Assembly (NCBI GenBank): GCA_051942245.1
Contig: JAVECL010000001.1
Coordinates: forward strand, 124,001-188,000
Reading direction: 5' to 3'
DNA from: Trypethelium eluteriae
Taxonomy: Eukaryota
DNA: 64,000 nucleotides
A program made the translations under genes and the position numbers. The notes beneath the pieces are model-generated. The model ran no database searches and had not been told where the DNA came from. It worked only from the letters and a program-made list of their open reading frames with translations. Every line of letters starts with the position of its first letter. Position 1 is the stretch's first letter. This document shows positions 11,512-23,832 of this stretch, piece by piece.

Positions 11512-14500
11512 TCATGCTACCCCCTCAACTATCCTCCCTGGCCCAATACCACCCATCATCATCTCCCGCATCAGTCTACTCCGTCCCGCCAACCTCCTCC
11601 TCCTAGCAGCTCCGCTCCTCTCTTCTGCCCTTCCCATGCCCTCATCCACCCACTCCAGCCTCAGTATCTTGAAGCTCATCCCATCGTGATTCCCTCCCCA
11701 TCTCCGACTCTTCATTCCCCACCCGGTTGTCGATGCGTATTCCTCCAGTGGCGGCAGAATCAACACCGTGATGTGCAGATCTCTCCCATCCGGTGGCGCC
11801 ACAGGTCCCGATCTGGGAGCATGGGCCATCACAGCCTCATCCCCACCCGCAGAACCATCCTCATCGTCAAGGTCCCCAACGAAGCCATTACGACCGCTGC
11901 CATCGCTGCTTTCTTTCCCCAGTAACTCGCTATCGACATCCTCGCCCCATTCACCCTTCACCCAACCGCCATGAATGCACGCGGCAAGCGGATCCGAGTC
12001 GTCGGTGTACACGTCCGTACCCCAAAGACAGCGCGCGCCACATACCGCCTCCCGCTGCGCGGCGTGGAGGTAGTAACGGGGCACACGGATGGTAAAAGTG
12101 CAGTTCGCTTTGGAAGCGTCGAAGCGAGGAAGCGGACGGGCACGAGACGTGAACCCGTGTTTCAGGGTGATGGTCGAGGGCGTTGTCGAGGCCGGGGCGG
12201 AGACGCCCGGCTTGTAGAGAGCGGAGCCGAGATGATGACGTGGGAGGTGGGAAACGGAGGCGAGAATTGGTTGGGAGAGGATGCGGGTCCTTGGTCTGCG
12301 GTGGGGCTGGGAAACCGTATGGTGCGACTTGGGGGGATGGTGGTGGTGGTGTGGGGACGCATGGTGGTGATGGTGTCCATGGTGATGATGAGGCTGAGAT
12401 GGACTAGAAAATATTGGTTGGGATTGGTAGGTCGATTGAAATTTGAGAGGATTGAATGGCGTAGCGTTTTGTGGCATCGAAGGCGTTGAGCCAACGAAGG
12501 AGAGCTCATCGTCGGGAGGTTGAGTGTGATGATGACTTTTGGCTGTTAGCATCGATGCAGGACAACGACAGAAGGATACGTACTGATGGCCGTGGGCCGT
12601 GACGTGGAAATGGTGGCTTGGGTGGCTTGTCTTGGCTCTCTTGCTCCCTCGCTGACCAGAGAACCCTGGAGTCGCCCTGCTCTCACCACTGTCACTGCCT
12701 AACTTGTCTTCATCTTTGATCCTACGTCCTTTGCGACCACCCCGGGACACTTCTCTCACTAGACTGACCCCTTCCGGATCGATATCGAGACTAGGATTAA
12801 CTCTCTCTACTTCATCAAAAGCTCTTGTGGGCGTTTGGCGACCAGGTGTCGAGCTTCCATTTGCTGTCATTCCAGCAATGGGGGTGTTGCTTCCAACGCC
12901 ACTTCCCAGACCCGAGAACATTCTTCCAAATTCATGTTTAACTCCAGGGCCATCTCCTGGACCGGATCGGTGAGGCTGTGCACCCTGCACCGCCTGCGGC
13001 AACGGAGAACCGCGAGCTCGGGTCCGATTGAGCTCAGGACTCACACCAAGTAGACTTCGCTGCTGAGGCGAAGGGTCTTCAGATGCTGTCATTCGATGGT
13101 CAAATGATGGTAAACGGCTTTGAGAGCTAGGCCCATTGGCAAGGCTCGATACTTGTGAAATCGGATTGGCGATCCTCTCCGGCGACCGAGCCGAGCCAAA
13201 TAAGCCACCTTCGATGCGGTCGGTAGGCCTGTCCGCTGATCTGTATTGTTTGATATCGTCGGAAAGAGAACGAGAGTCAGTGGACGGAAATCGAGAGTTT
13301 ACAGGTTGGCTATGAAGGTTTGGTCGAAAAACGTCCGATGCGTGCTCTCTCGATAAATCTCGACTGTTCCTACCAAGAAGGCTTGGGGAATTCCATTCCT
13401 GCTGTTGCGATATTGGATGGCTATAGTCCCTAGATTGGTATGGAGCCACTACTCTTTCCCCAGGGGGACTGAAAGCAGAATGTGTTGTTGGCTGCATTGT
13501 ATTGGCACGTCCCCTCAGATTAGTTGGATTACTTGGTGATTCCTGAAAGTCGTGACTTCCAGGGTTCCGATTCGGCCCCTCTTGTAGCCTACGCGGCTCA
13601 AAGGCGACATCATGAAATACTCGAGCAATGTGACCGTCAGGCTTTCCTGGTTTGGCAGGTGAGAAGGTGGGTTCACGAGGACCAACAGGCTGGCTATTTG
13701 GTCGGGGAGGAACAGACGTGGAATTCGAACGGTTCTCGGAGCGATCCTGACTCTCACCACTCGGCGGCTGAAAGGAGCGAAAGCCCAACGCAGCCGAACT
13801 CTGAGAAATTGACGGTTGGAGCGACCGCGTGAATTCTGGAGACTCAGTCTTTGTATTGAAGGTATGTCCAGGTGAGCCTGCTCCCCCTGATTGTGTACCC
13901 TCCGATCTTGATCCATTACTACTGTACGGTTTATCGGATGAAGTTTGTTGGGAGTATTGCCCGAATGTGTTGGACAGCCGCCGGCGGGGTGAAGGGGGTT
14001 GCATAGGTCTTGCGGAGGTCGACGGCGCCGAAGATGCTGCAGCTGAAGAACTTGAAGATACATGATTCGGCGCTGATGAGTCCGACCCGAGCATAGAAGA
14101 TATAGACATGCTGCTACCTGGCCGGTGCGCTGCGTTCAGAGGTACCAAGTCCCGCGCCGGTCCAAAACTAGACGGTGGGGGAGGGTGACCTCGAGACAAA
14201 GGGTTCGAGAAGGCACTAGAGGCGCTTGGCTGCTGAGAAGAAGACGGTGGCAACATTGTACGTCCTCCTAAGGATGGCGGGTGAGGCGGTGGTGGTGGAG
14301 GTGGTGGAGGATCCAGGGGAGCTAACAACGCCGACAGAGATTAGAAGAGTTGATTCTGGTGCTGTGGCGGGTTTCAATGCCAACATCTTACCTCCATATT
14401 GATGCGCCGCAGTTCCAGCTCCAAGAGAACGTCTTCGGACAGTATCGAACGAATGCGACATGTAGTCAGGGCCGTTGGCAGTGGTCGGGGGAGATGGATG

Positions 14501-15299
14501 GAGATTATGCGTAACCGTTCCTAACCAAATTAGGAGCACGTGTCAGCTAAGCTTCAGAATGGTTAGCGCGAAGCGGGGACGGAAGATTAGCGTTAGCGCG
14601 GCAGGGATCGGAAAGCCGCATCGTCAGGGCACAAAGAGCGATCTGGTCATCATCCGGATTTCGCCCATGGTACCCTCGCGCTGCTGACCAGGTTCGACCC
14701 TTTGCATCGCTGCCACGTCACTCCATAGTAACCATGACCATTCAACGAGATCTCATGGGCCTCAGGCACGGACCGAGATTCAGATGGAGGCCTGTTCATC
14801 CTGGTTCGAATTGCATCATGACGGGCAGGCGGAATGTAGAGGTAGAGAAGACGAGCGATGATCGCTACATGGAGTCTTCGTAGATGAGATCGAAATTGGT
14901 ATGCGCATGGCGATATTGTCACGGTGCTCCCATAGGACGCGTGAAAAGGCGCAAAGATGTTGCAGTAAATTTTGAACGGACAGCATTTCACCGTCGCTTA
15001 CCTGGAGTTTTCATCCACACACCACGATCGCCTGAGCTTCCTTGCCCAGTATCTCTGTTCTGAAAGCCATAGCTATCCCGTCTGTTCTGCTGATTTGAGC
15101 CTATGAATGGGTCTCGTCGCGAAAATGGGTCCGCAGAGAATGGAACGTGTACAGGAGCTTGTGACACGGGCGGTGGAGGGAAGGACGGGAATGAGTGCGC
15201 TTGGTGCGGTGGTGGCTGCTGGTGCGAGTTGTGCACAAGACCTCGCTCGGGCTGTCGTGACTGTTGTAGCTGCTGCGATTGATGTCTTTGGTGGTCCAT
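11512..15299 (-). CDS. RXT3: Rpd3L histone deacetylase complex subunit Rxt3-like; exons 15299-15002, 14520-14392, 14321-12584, 12535-11512
   Basis: C-terminal Rxt3 signature LWGTDVYTDDSDPLAACIHGGW and DLHITVLILPPLEEY...SRRWGGNHDGMSF; long disordered poly-His N-region; phase-consistent introns. Confidence 0.85.
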
Positions 15300-15857
15300 G
15301 GCGATGTTTCCGTCGACAGCGTTGGATGAGCTGGTCGAGTCAGTGGCTGGAAAGACCGAATGTCAAATCGATGGACGGGACATGACGGGTGTCACTCGTG
15401 TACGATCGAGTGAATATGGTCGGCGGAGGAGGTTATCACGACGTAGGGGAGGAAATGGGATGCGGTGAGCAGGCGTGAGTTCGGGCAAATCCAGAGAGGC
15501 ACGAGACGGGGAAGAGACGATCACCTTGAGCTTAAAATCTAGTCGCAATCAAGGTTGGGTCGGTATCCCTGCTTGCTGCCAATGCCCTGGATCTTGGATC
15601 CCTGTCGGTGCCCGTAGCTTGATGGCTTGATTGCTTGCGCCCTGAGACATGATTCGCCCGTCATTTGGATCTCACGTGTCACTACGCCGCAATCCCAAAT
15701 CTCAGGCAAACTCGCACCCGGAAACACTGCAAATGGCAGGCTGACGAGCGACCGGTGTGTAACACCAACGCCGACCAATGCGAGGTTTTCTTCTCACCTA
15801 AAGATCTTGTTGTCCCTTCTCTTGCAGAGCCTCAGCCTCAGAGCATCTGAACTGACA

Positions 15858-17262
15858 ATGCTTCCTGTTCCAGGTTCTCCTGCCTCATCCATATCAATTT
15901 ATAACGCCCGTCTACGGGCTATCTTCGCAGGTGCTGACCCTTATGTGTGTGCGGCTTTTTGGCTCTTCGGTACGTTTTGGATTCAGCTATCTTTCAAAGC
16001 GGGTGGTTGATTTTCTGTTTCTAGGGTCGGTCAACAACATTCTCTACATAGTCATACTCGCTGCCGCGCTCGATCTCGTCGGTCCGGCTGTCCCAAAAGG
16101 CATTGTGCTGCTCGCCGACATAATTCCTGGATTCATCGTCAAGCTTATAGCGCCCTACTTCATCCATGTGGTGCCTTATCGCAGTCGCATACCCGCATTT
16201 GCAGCCGGATCTTGCTGTGGTATGCTTTTAATTGCACTTACTCCGGGTTCCAAAAGTGCTGGCGCAATCGCCGTCAAGATGGTTGGGGTTGGGTTGGCGA
16301 GTGCATGTAGCGGCGGAGGGGAGTTGAGCTTTCTTGGTCTGACAAATTACTACGACCAGTTCAGTCTGGCCGCTTGGAGTAGTGGGACAGGGGCTGCTGG
16401 ACTCCTTGGGGCGGGATTATACGTGCTGGCAACGACCGTCATTGGGCTTAGCATTCGCACAAGCTTACTTGCCTTTTCTTTGTTACCCGCGATCATGGTT
16501 GGAAGCTTCTTTCTTGTGTTGCCGCAGGGGCCTCTGCGCAGATCGACAGGTTCACAGACATCGTACCAAAGAGTGGAGGTAGATGAGGAAGAAGAGGAGA
16601 ACGATGATCACAGCGAACACCTACTAGGATCGGACAGTCTTTTGAGAGCACCGACTGCCACTGGTACAAAATCCCAAAGACATCTATACAGTGTCTGGAT
16701 AAGCTTCAAGCACAATTTAGCAAGATCGCGAAACTTATTCTGGCCCTACATGGTTCCACTGCTTCTTGTGTATATCTCAGAATACACTATTAATCAAGGC
16801 GTCGCTCCCACGTTGCTATTTCCTCTGAAATCTAGTCCGTTCAGCGAATATCGGTCCTTCTACCCAACATACAATGCCATTTATCAGATGGGTGTTTTCC
16901 TGTCCAGGTCGTCGACGCCATTTTTTCGGATCCATAATCTCTATACGCCCTCTCTGCTTCAGGTTATCAACTTAATTCTGCTAACGTTACACGCCCTCTT
17001 CAACTTTATACCTTCAGTTTGGATTGTATTTGGCTTCATTTTCTGGGAAGGGCTCCTCGGTGGCATCGTATATGTCAGTACGTTTGCCGAGATTACAGAC
17101 AATGTTCCGCAAAAGGATAGGGAATTCTCTTTGACCGCAACGACCGTGAGTGATTCCGGTGGCATTTGTATCGCGGGATTCCTGAGCATGGCGTTCGAGG
17201 TCTGGCTTTGCAATTGGCAAGCTCGCCACGGACGCGGATATTGCAAAAAGGTGCTTGTGTGA
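15858..17262 (+). CDS. BTN1: Battenin/CLN3 family membrane protein; exons 15858-15969, 16025-17262
   Basis: AFWLFG-SVNNILYIVILAAALDLV, GGGELSFLGL, WSSGTGAAG and YISEYTINQGV motifs; multiple TM helices. Confidence 0.95.
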
Positions 17263-17489
17263 AGATTGGAGAGCTGTTCTAGTATTTCCAACTCTTCCGT
17301 CCGGCATCCTGGACTAAGCGAGACCCTGAGTCTGTCGAAAACTCGCCCAGAGTGGAAGTCTCGTTTATCCAAAGAAAGTCACTCTACCTCCATATCCAGG
17401 AGCCATTAGAACTTGTCCTGATTTTCCACGTACATCCTCGTATTGGATCCCTAATGTCCCGCAAAATCACGCTGGGGACTCTGCTCGCC

Positions 17490-17507
17490 TACCTACCTAG
17501 GTAGGTA
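17490..17507. repeat. Perfect 18-bp palindrome TACCTACCTAGGTAGGTA (member of a recurrent intergenic motif)
   Basis: Direct inspection; related copies at 3037-3046, 8810-8823 and 11417-11424. Confidence 0.9.
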
Positions 17508-17745
17508 CTAAGCTAAGGGTAGCGGATAATCACTGAAGTACTATATGTGTTGACGGACACCTTCCGCAATTTCGGCAGCAGAAACGCGGCCAACGCAACC
17601 GCGACTCAGGCAACCGCGACTCATGTCAACATTCTACGACCTTTCCCATATCTCGACCTTTCACAGGCACCACGTACTCTACTTCTTCTCAGATCCCGCG
17701 ACGTTGCCGCTGCGATCTTATGAACTGATAGTGACTCACCTCATC

Positions 17746-20614
17746 ATGTCCTGCGTTTGTGATAACCCAAGCTCTCTACGTCTCTGAAGTATTATTTACA
17801 AATATGTCGTCGTGCACTTCCAAGCCTAATATTCATACTAACCAGGCACGAAACGCGGGTACCGAGCACCGTATCAGAGTCGCCTGTCTATCTGTGAGGA
17901 GATTCTGGGGGTGCTCTCCATCTGAAGCTCTCCCTCCGGGCTATCAGCCTTCGTTTGAACTCGGAAAGCAGTTCATAGAACGAATCAGTCGTCTTTCCAG
18001 GTTGGAGCACCACCTGGCCACTGCACGCCGACGCCTCCTCGACGCTTGCCACAAGAGACTCGTCAACATCCCTTCACCTCTCTCCAGCCAACTGAAGATA
18101 CAAAGGAAAGATCTAGACTACGTTATAGCACAATATCTCGCGGGGCAGTACACGGATAAGGCCAATTGCAGTACGAGGCGGAGCTCCCCACAGTTGTCCC
18201 CGGATATCGCCAGTGACGATTCCCTTTTCAATGAGCGATTTGAACAGCCGAATGGAACACTAATCCTTACTGAAACTCCTTTAGGGGCTATTGATACAAG
18301 ATTAGTGTCAGAACAAAAGCAAGCTAACTCCAAGCCCACCGAAGGTAGAAAAGACAACTTCGATTAGACTTTGCCGAGCTTCTTCACTGACTCCGTAGAT
18401 CTCCCTGCAATTCTTCCTTATCGTACTGTTCCAAAATCTTCAGCCACCAGCTTCAAAGCTCCATGTGCTCCGATGACAAGGCCTGCACTGGAATCAGCAT
18501 ATTTTCCTTCCGGGAGCTCCCTGACAGGAGATCCACCCAAGCAACCACCTCCTATGTCAAACAGTGAGAGCGGACGTGGAGAAGAAGCTGGACATCATCA
18601 TGACCCTGAACTACTCTTGGGAAGGACGTCCACATCTGCCAAAGCTTCTACTCCCTATCCCGATCCAAAGCGCCCCAGGGCTTACGTCAAAAAGACTGCA
18701 GTCTCCATGACGGGGACGCCTTTGTCGCAAAAGGAACAATCACGTTTCACTCACTCAGACGTGGTGCCGCTCAAACGCCATAAAATTTCCAGCAGCACTC
18801 CGCCTAGAGCAAATGTACCTTTCCGGAGCGTTGAAGAAGATGTGACAAGAGGAAATACCAAACAAAGACCAACCCTATCCTTCAATCATGAACTACAGCA
18901 ATTCGGTTCTTCCGTTCCTCCTATCTCTCTAGATAAGAACATTAAATCGCCAGCTGATGGTCGATCCAACGCGACGTCGAAACGAGCCCTTCCACCCACG
19001 CCAATCGGTGGCAGCAAAGGGGATCTGAAGCGACGCAAAACACTTTCCGAAGTGTCGTCATCCTCTAACAGCTCTGTGGACGTACGCATAACTCGCACGC
19101 AGAGCCGCAACAGAACATTGGAATTCCTCAGTCCCAAAGAGTCTTTTTCTACAGGTGCCAAAGAAGCCAAACATATCCCGGAACTCTATTGCCACATCGC
19201 AGATGTTGCTGATCCTGATGCAATTCAATATCCTGTGGCTGTAGCCTCCAGCAAGGGCATGTATGATAGAGTTGAAAATGCTACGGACCTAGAAGAGCTA
19301 AGACAAAGAGCCATCGCGGAACGCGAAGCCCGAAGGCAGCAGCAGTCGGGCCATGACAGGTCAGAGCCAGCATTCGAGAAATCCAAGACCGCGTCAAGCG
19401 AGGCACCCAATGTGCCTAGGATTCTGCTGGATGAAATGCACCAAGCCTTTGAGAACAAATTGTTCTATGTCGTCGGTCTTTCTCGATGTAGTGCACGTCG
19501 TGGTGACTTCAACGGAAGAGAGCATGATTACATGGACAAGATCCACCAAGAGTTCATCGAAGGGTTCAGGAAAACAAAGGAAAGCTTTGAAGAGGGCCTT
19601 ATCAGGTTGGGAGTCATCGAGAGAGACGACGGAAATAACGGAAGTGATGCTGTTGAAGTTGGAGCTGTTGCCTTGGACTCCCGTATTTGCGTTTTGCAAG
19701 AAGATACACACAAAAGCGATATTTCCCGCATGGTTCCAAATGCGAACCGCCGTGAAGAAGACTTCACTGCGAGTAGTCCTACTATTATTGATTTAGAAGA
19801 CTACCGTGAGAAGGAGAGCACTGGAGACACAGAGTATGTGGACGACTTCGCAAACTTCATGCGTGCATACGCAAGTGAGAGATCAGGACAGACCATTAAG
19901 GCGAAAATCACGGATCAGGCTGTCATTGACGTGCCCACCGCCACAATCCATCCCATCAAGGACCGCATCGATGACTATGCGACGACAGAGACGGCGGTGG
20001 TGATCGACAGAGAGGCCAATGTGCGCCCCATGTACCGTGCAGAGCCCAGCGTCAAACCTTCTAGGAAATATGACCAAGATCTGGGCACCGCTCGCAACAG
20101 CACTCCAGCAGGATTGCAGGCGCCCACACAGCCCGTGCATGCAAACGATGAACAGGATGACTTACAGGCGAACAAAGTTGAAGAAATTCTGGGATCATAC
20201 TCTAAAGCTCGGGTCCTGCGTCGAAGGACTAAGATACACAGTCTTAAGGCGGCTGACATTCGCTGCATTCGGAATATTTTTGAGGCCGATCCTGAGACCA
20301 TGGTAAATGAGACGGAATTCAAGAGAGCCCTCAGAGACGCCGCTTTAGAAACGACGAAGTCCAACAGCGCTGGAACCTCTCCTAGCAAGCCTGCCGAATT
20401 GAAGACAGGCTCAAAGGACGATTTTGTTGGTAAGCTGAGCTCTCAAGCTTTGTCAGCAAGTGAGAAAGGTGCTTCATTGCAAGCGACGGACTCGTCAAAG
20501 TCGATCAAGAGGGAAAGCGTCTCGAGTGATGTTCGCCGATCCAATGGCCCTTCTTCAGGCGCTATGTCTTTAGTGTCGCACCTGCATAAGAGGCGTGTTG
20601 CCCCGGGCAGCTAA
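17746..20614 (+). CDS. Hypothetical, largely disordered protein (~900 aa); probable exons 17746-17754, 17846-18344, 18399-20614
   Basis: Two long same-frame ORFs separated by one TAG that lies inside a 54-nt GTAGAA..CTGAC..TAG intron (18345-18398). First exon is tentative. No family recognised. Confidence 0.6.
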
Positions 20615-21404
20615 GGACTTGGTTGGCACTGGAAGGACCATTGAGACTGTTCGAAACAAGATTGAGGGTGGTGACGTGCGGATTGTGGAATATGACAGGA
20701 AAATGGTTACTTCAAGCATGATCGGGGGTGTGGGAGATCATGGTAATTCTTTACTGACGGATGGAAACGTGGTTTTCTATTGTACAAGTTGCTTTTTATA
20801 GACTTTTGCCTTCTAGGTAGCTTGTGTGCTTCTTCATGAATGCCATAGATATAGCTGATAGCTCTGAATTGTGAACCTCTAGTAGCAGCGTGGTCAGAGT
20901 GTCTTGGCTCCGCTTTAGCCAGAATAGAATTACCAATCCGTGATCTGAACTGAAGAATGTCATCAAAAGGTCTTCCAAGCTCTCCTCAGTTCTGCAACTG
21001 ACGAGCAAGCCCAACGGAATGTGTTTAGCCAATTGGCGCAATGCTGTGATCGATGTCGACGCTCACTATGTCGAAGGTTTTTTGTATAGCGGGTCTATTT
21101 CGTATATGGGCGTACATCGTTGAAGACCATCCATTGGCATCTTATTGTACGTATCCAGAGGGGACATCACGACTCATTGTCGGACTCAAGACTATACATA
21201 GAACTCTCGGGCTCGAACTTGGTGGTTTCTTAGCCATTGGTGCTGCTCGATTATTCAACCCACTATAAATCCGGGAAGGGTATGATGCCTAATTGCTATC
21301 ATCGTAGACGTTAGGAATGTTCCGAAGCGCTAGAAACCTTTACGAACACGCATATTGTATGTTTGAGACTCATCACCCTGGGCACATAGTCGAGAAATTC
21401 TTCA

Positions 21405-23038
21405 CTAGGGTATATTTGACATTTCAAAAGCTGCCGAATACTGGCCAATCTTGCTGGTGTTCACCTTTTCCCTCCGTCTTCCCTGAATGCCATGCCACTC
21501 GAGCCAAGTCAGAAATGCATGCCTTGGCCCAGTTCCCTCTCGATTAAGCTTGACCTTCTGAGCAGCAACGAAGTATGCAATATCCCAACATAGGAGGACG
21601 ACTGCTGTCATCGGAACGACAATGGCCCAGAAAGTGCCGAAATCTGGAGAGACCCAAACTGAGGTATTTGGTGTATTTGCAAAAAATGGGGTGCTAAACA
21701 TCGCCGCAACGGCTGCAAACGGGAGGAAAATCAGCGTTACAGTTGCGATCGTCCTCATGGATCTGCTATCATCTATTACAGCAGTATTGCTCTGTTGAGT
21801 GACGAGGTTGAAAGCCAAGTTTGCCATATCGCGCATTTTTTTCTCCATACTCTGGACCTGGAAGTTGAGAGACTTGAACAACATGGCCTTATGTTCGAAT
21901 GCATCTTCCGTCAGATGGAAAACTCGATTGGTGCAGTGACTGGGATTTCTTATGAAATACTTGATGTGATGACGACAAATCGCGTCCACTGTCTCCAGTA
22001 TTGCGCCACAGCCCAGGTGGTCAATGTGTTTGGCAACATTAGACATTGCAACAAAATCGAAGCTTTGCATCATCGATGAAGGAGATTTTGCTGATAGAAG
22101 GGTGTCTAACTCGATCTTGTTGACCGCTCTGCGCAGATTTTGCTTCTGTTTGTCCATAAGCGAAAACAGCTGATCCAAGATGATGGTTACTAGGATAAAT
22201 GGATCTTCAAGTGCTTCTTTCCAATCTCCTGAGTAAGCTATTTCAGCGAATCTCTCTTCCATCGCCCGCGGCACGCCCCAGCAGCATAGCGTCACATTGT
22301 CGAAGCGATGGTGCTGTTGGGGATCGTAATCCTCATCCTCGGAGAGACGCGGGCCATCATTCAATGTGAGACTGTGATAGTCTCGCCAGCTTAGAAAGAA
22401 CCCAGCTCTTTGCCACACATAATCTGCTTGGCTCAGATTTAGATGATTGTGGTTGACGTCTCTATGTTTGATCTCATCATGCTCATCGACTTCGATATCC
22501 TTGCACAAGAAATGAAACCATAAGCCTGTGGATGGTCAATACTAAAGCTGCAAAAATCGCTAGCGCTCCTACAATGGTGTCCGTTCTTGCGAGGCCGAGA
22601 ACCAAATCCACAAGTAACGGAATGTATTCTTTCATTCAAGAAGTCGCTCGGGACGGCAAGATGCCGGAAAAGCCTTAGAAGACCTCCGACATTCGAATCC
22701 GTCGCTATATCCAGAGGCGCAAAGCTATGAATTGCTAAGTCATTGTTCACAATGCCGCATGCGCAAGGCTGTCACTTACATCACTCGCAATGGCTTCTCG
22801 ACTTGTTTCTCGAGTTCCGCGACGTGGCTGAAGCTGGAAAACGCTCCATACTGCTGTCCTTGATCTTGAAATCAGTCATTGTCTTAATTATTTTGTGTCA
22901 ATCGGATTTAGCACCTCTGGACCATTCGACGATGTTTAGGTTGAGTTCATCTGTCTCATTCCGGCTGCGTGAGCTGACTTTGTTCGCAAAGTCGTAATAT
23001 CGCGATTCATCCTCAACAATATCAGTCATCACCTGCAT
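21405..23038 (-). CDS. Fungal CorA-like protein (~493 aa) with two C-terminal TM helices; exons 23038-22915, 22864-22780, 22724-22573, 22525-21405
   Basis: Coiled-coil stalk, then DSRSMRTIATVTLIFLPFAAVAAMFSTPFF...FWAIVVPMTAVVLLCW (CorA-type TM hairpin). Three short canonical introns give an intact frame. Confidence 0.8.
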
Positions 23039-23832
23039 GGAAACATTGCCAGCTCGTAATTAAGATAACGCACGCAATAAGAGGGGTCTCGCAGCCCTGT
23101 GCAGAATCGTGTCTTCGGTGTTTACCCAGCTAGGACCGACCAGCGAGCCAGGGACCCAGGCGCGTGGCTGATTTGGGGGCGAAGGCATAAGTTAGGTAAA
23201 TTGACTGTTGAACGACCAATCGGGCTAACAATCCTTCCATTCTAATTCCTCGCGGGCTGTTATTCAAGGGCTAAATTGCAGTCGCTAAATGAAGATCTGC
23301 AGCTTCTGCTCCTTTCCGCCCCTCTTTTATTGCCTTTCGATCAAGGCTTAGCAGCTTGCTTCTACCTGGAACAGCTGAAAACTCGTATAATGATGGCGTT
23401 CTTTCCTACCCTTCCGCAAATTTGGCCAGAAGTCAGCACCCATTATTTCCTTTCCCATCCAGTCTACACGCAGGCATTTTATTGCCCTCCTGAAAATTCC
23501 CGCAGATCTCTTGTCACCCGTTCACGGATCAAAGCATGAGCTCGCAAGGTACCAACCAGGCGAGTAGCTCTCACGGTGGCTCATACAACCCAAACGCACA
23601 ACAACCAACTGGATCCTGGCCCCCAAAACCACTTCAACAGCGCAAGAAGGAAGCAGAGACTTCTCCGAGCGTTCCTTCACAGCAGACGCAATCTCCGTCA
23701 AGCTCAGATCAGACAGGACGTTCGAATAGCTTGTCATAGTCTTGAGATCTACACCGGACCCGACAGAAGGGCAGTATCTCTGAGAACAAAAGTCGCTCTG
23801 AACTCTGTATTTGGCTACCTGTAATCTCTGTC

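Noticed and set aside
14554..14652. Possible intronic C/D snoRNA (ATGATGA...CTGA) in RXT3 intron 1
   Set aside because: No terminal stem and no recognisable rRNA-complementary guide; boxes this short occur by chance.
18365..18367. In-frame TAG between two long ORFs, suggesting stop readthrough or a pseudogene
   Set aside because: It lies within a canonical 54-nt intron (18345-18398) with branch point CTGAC.
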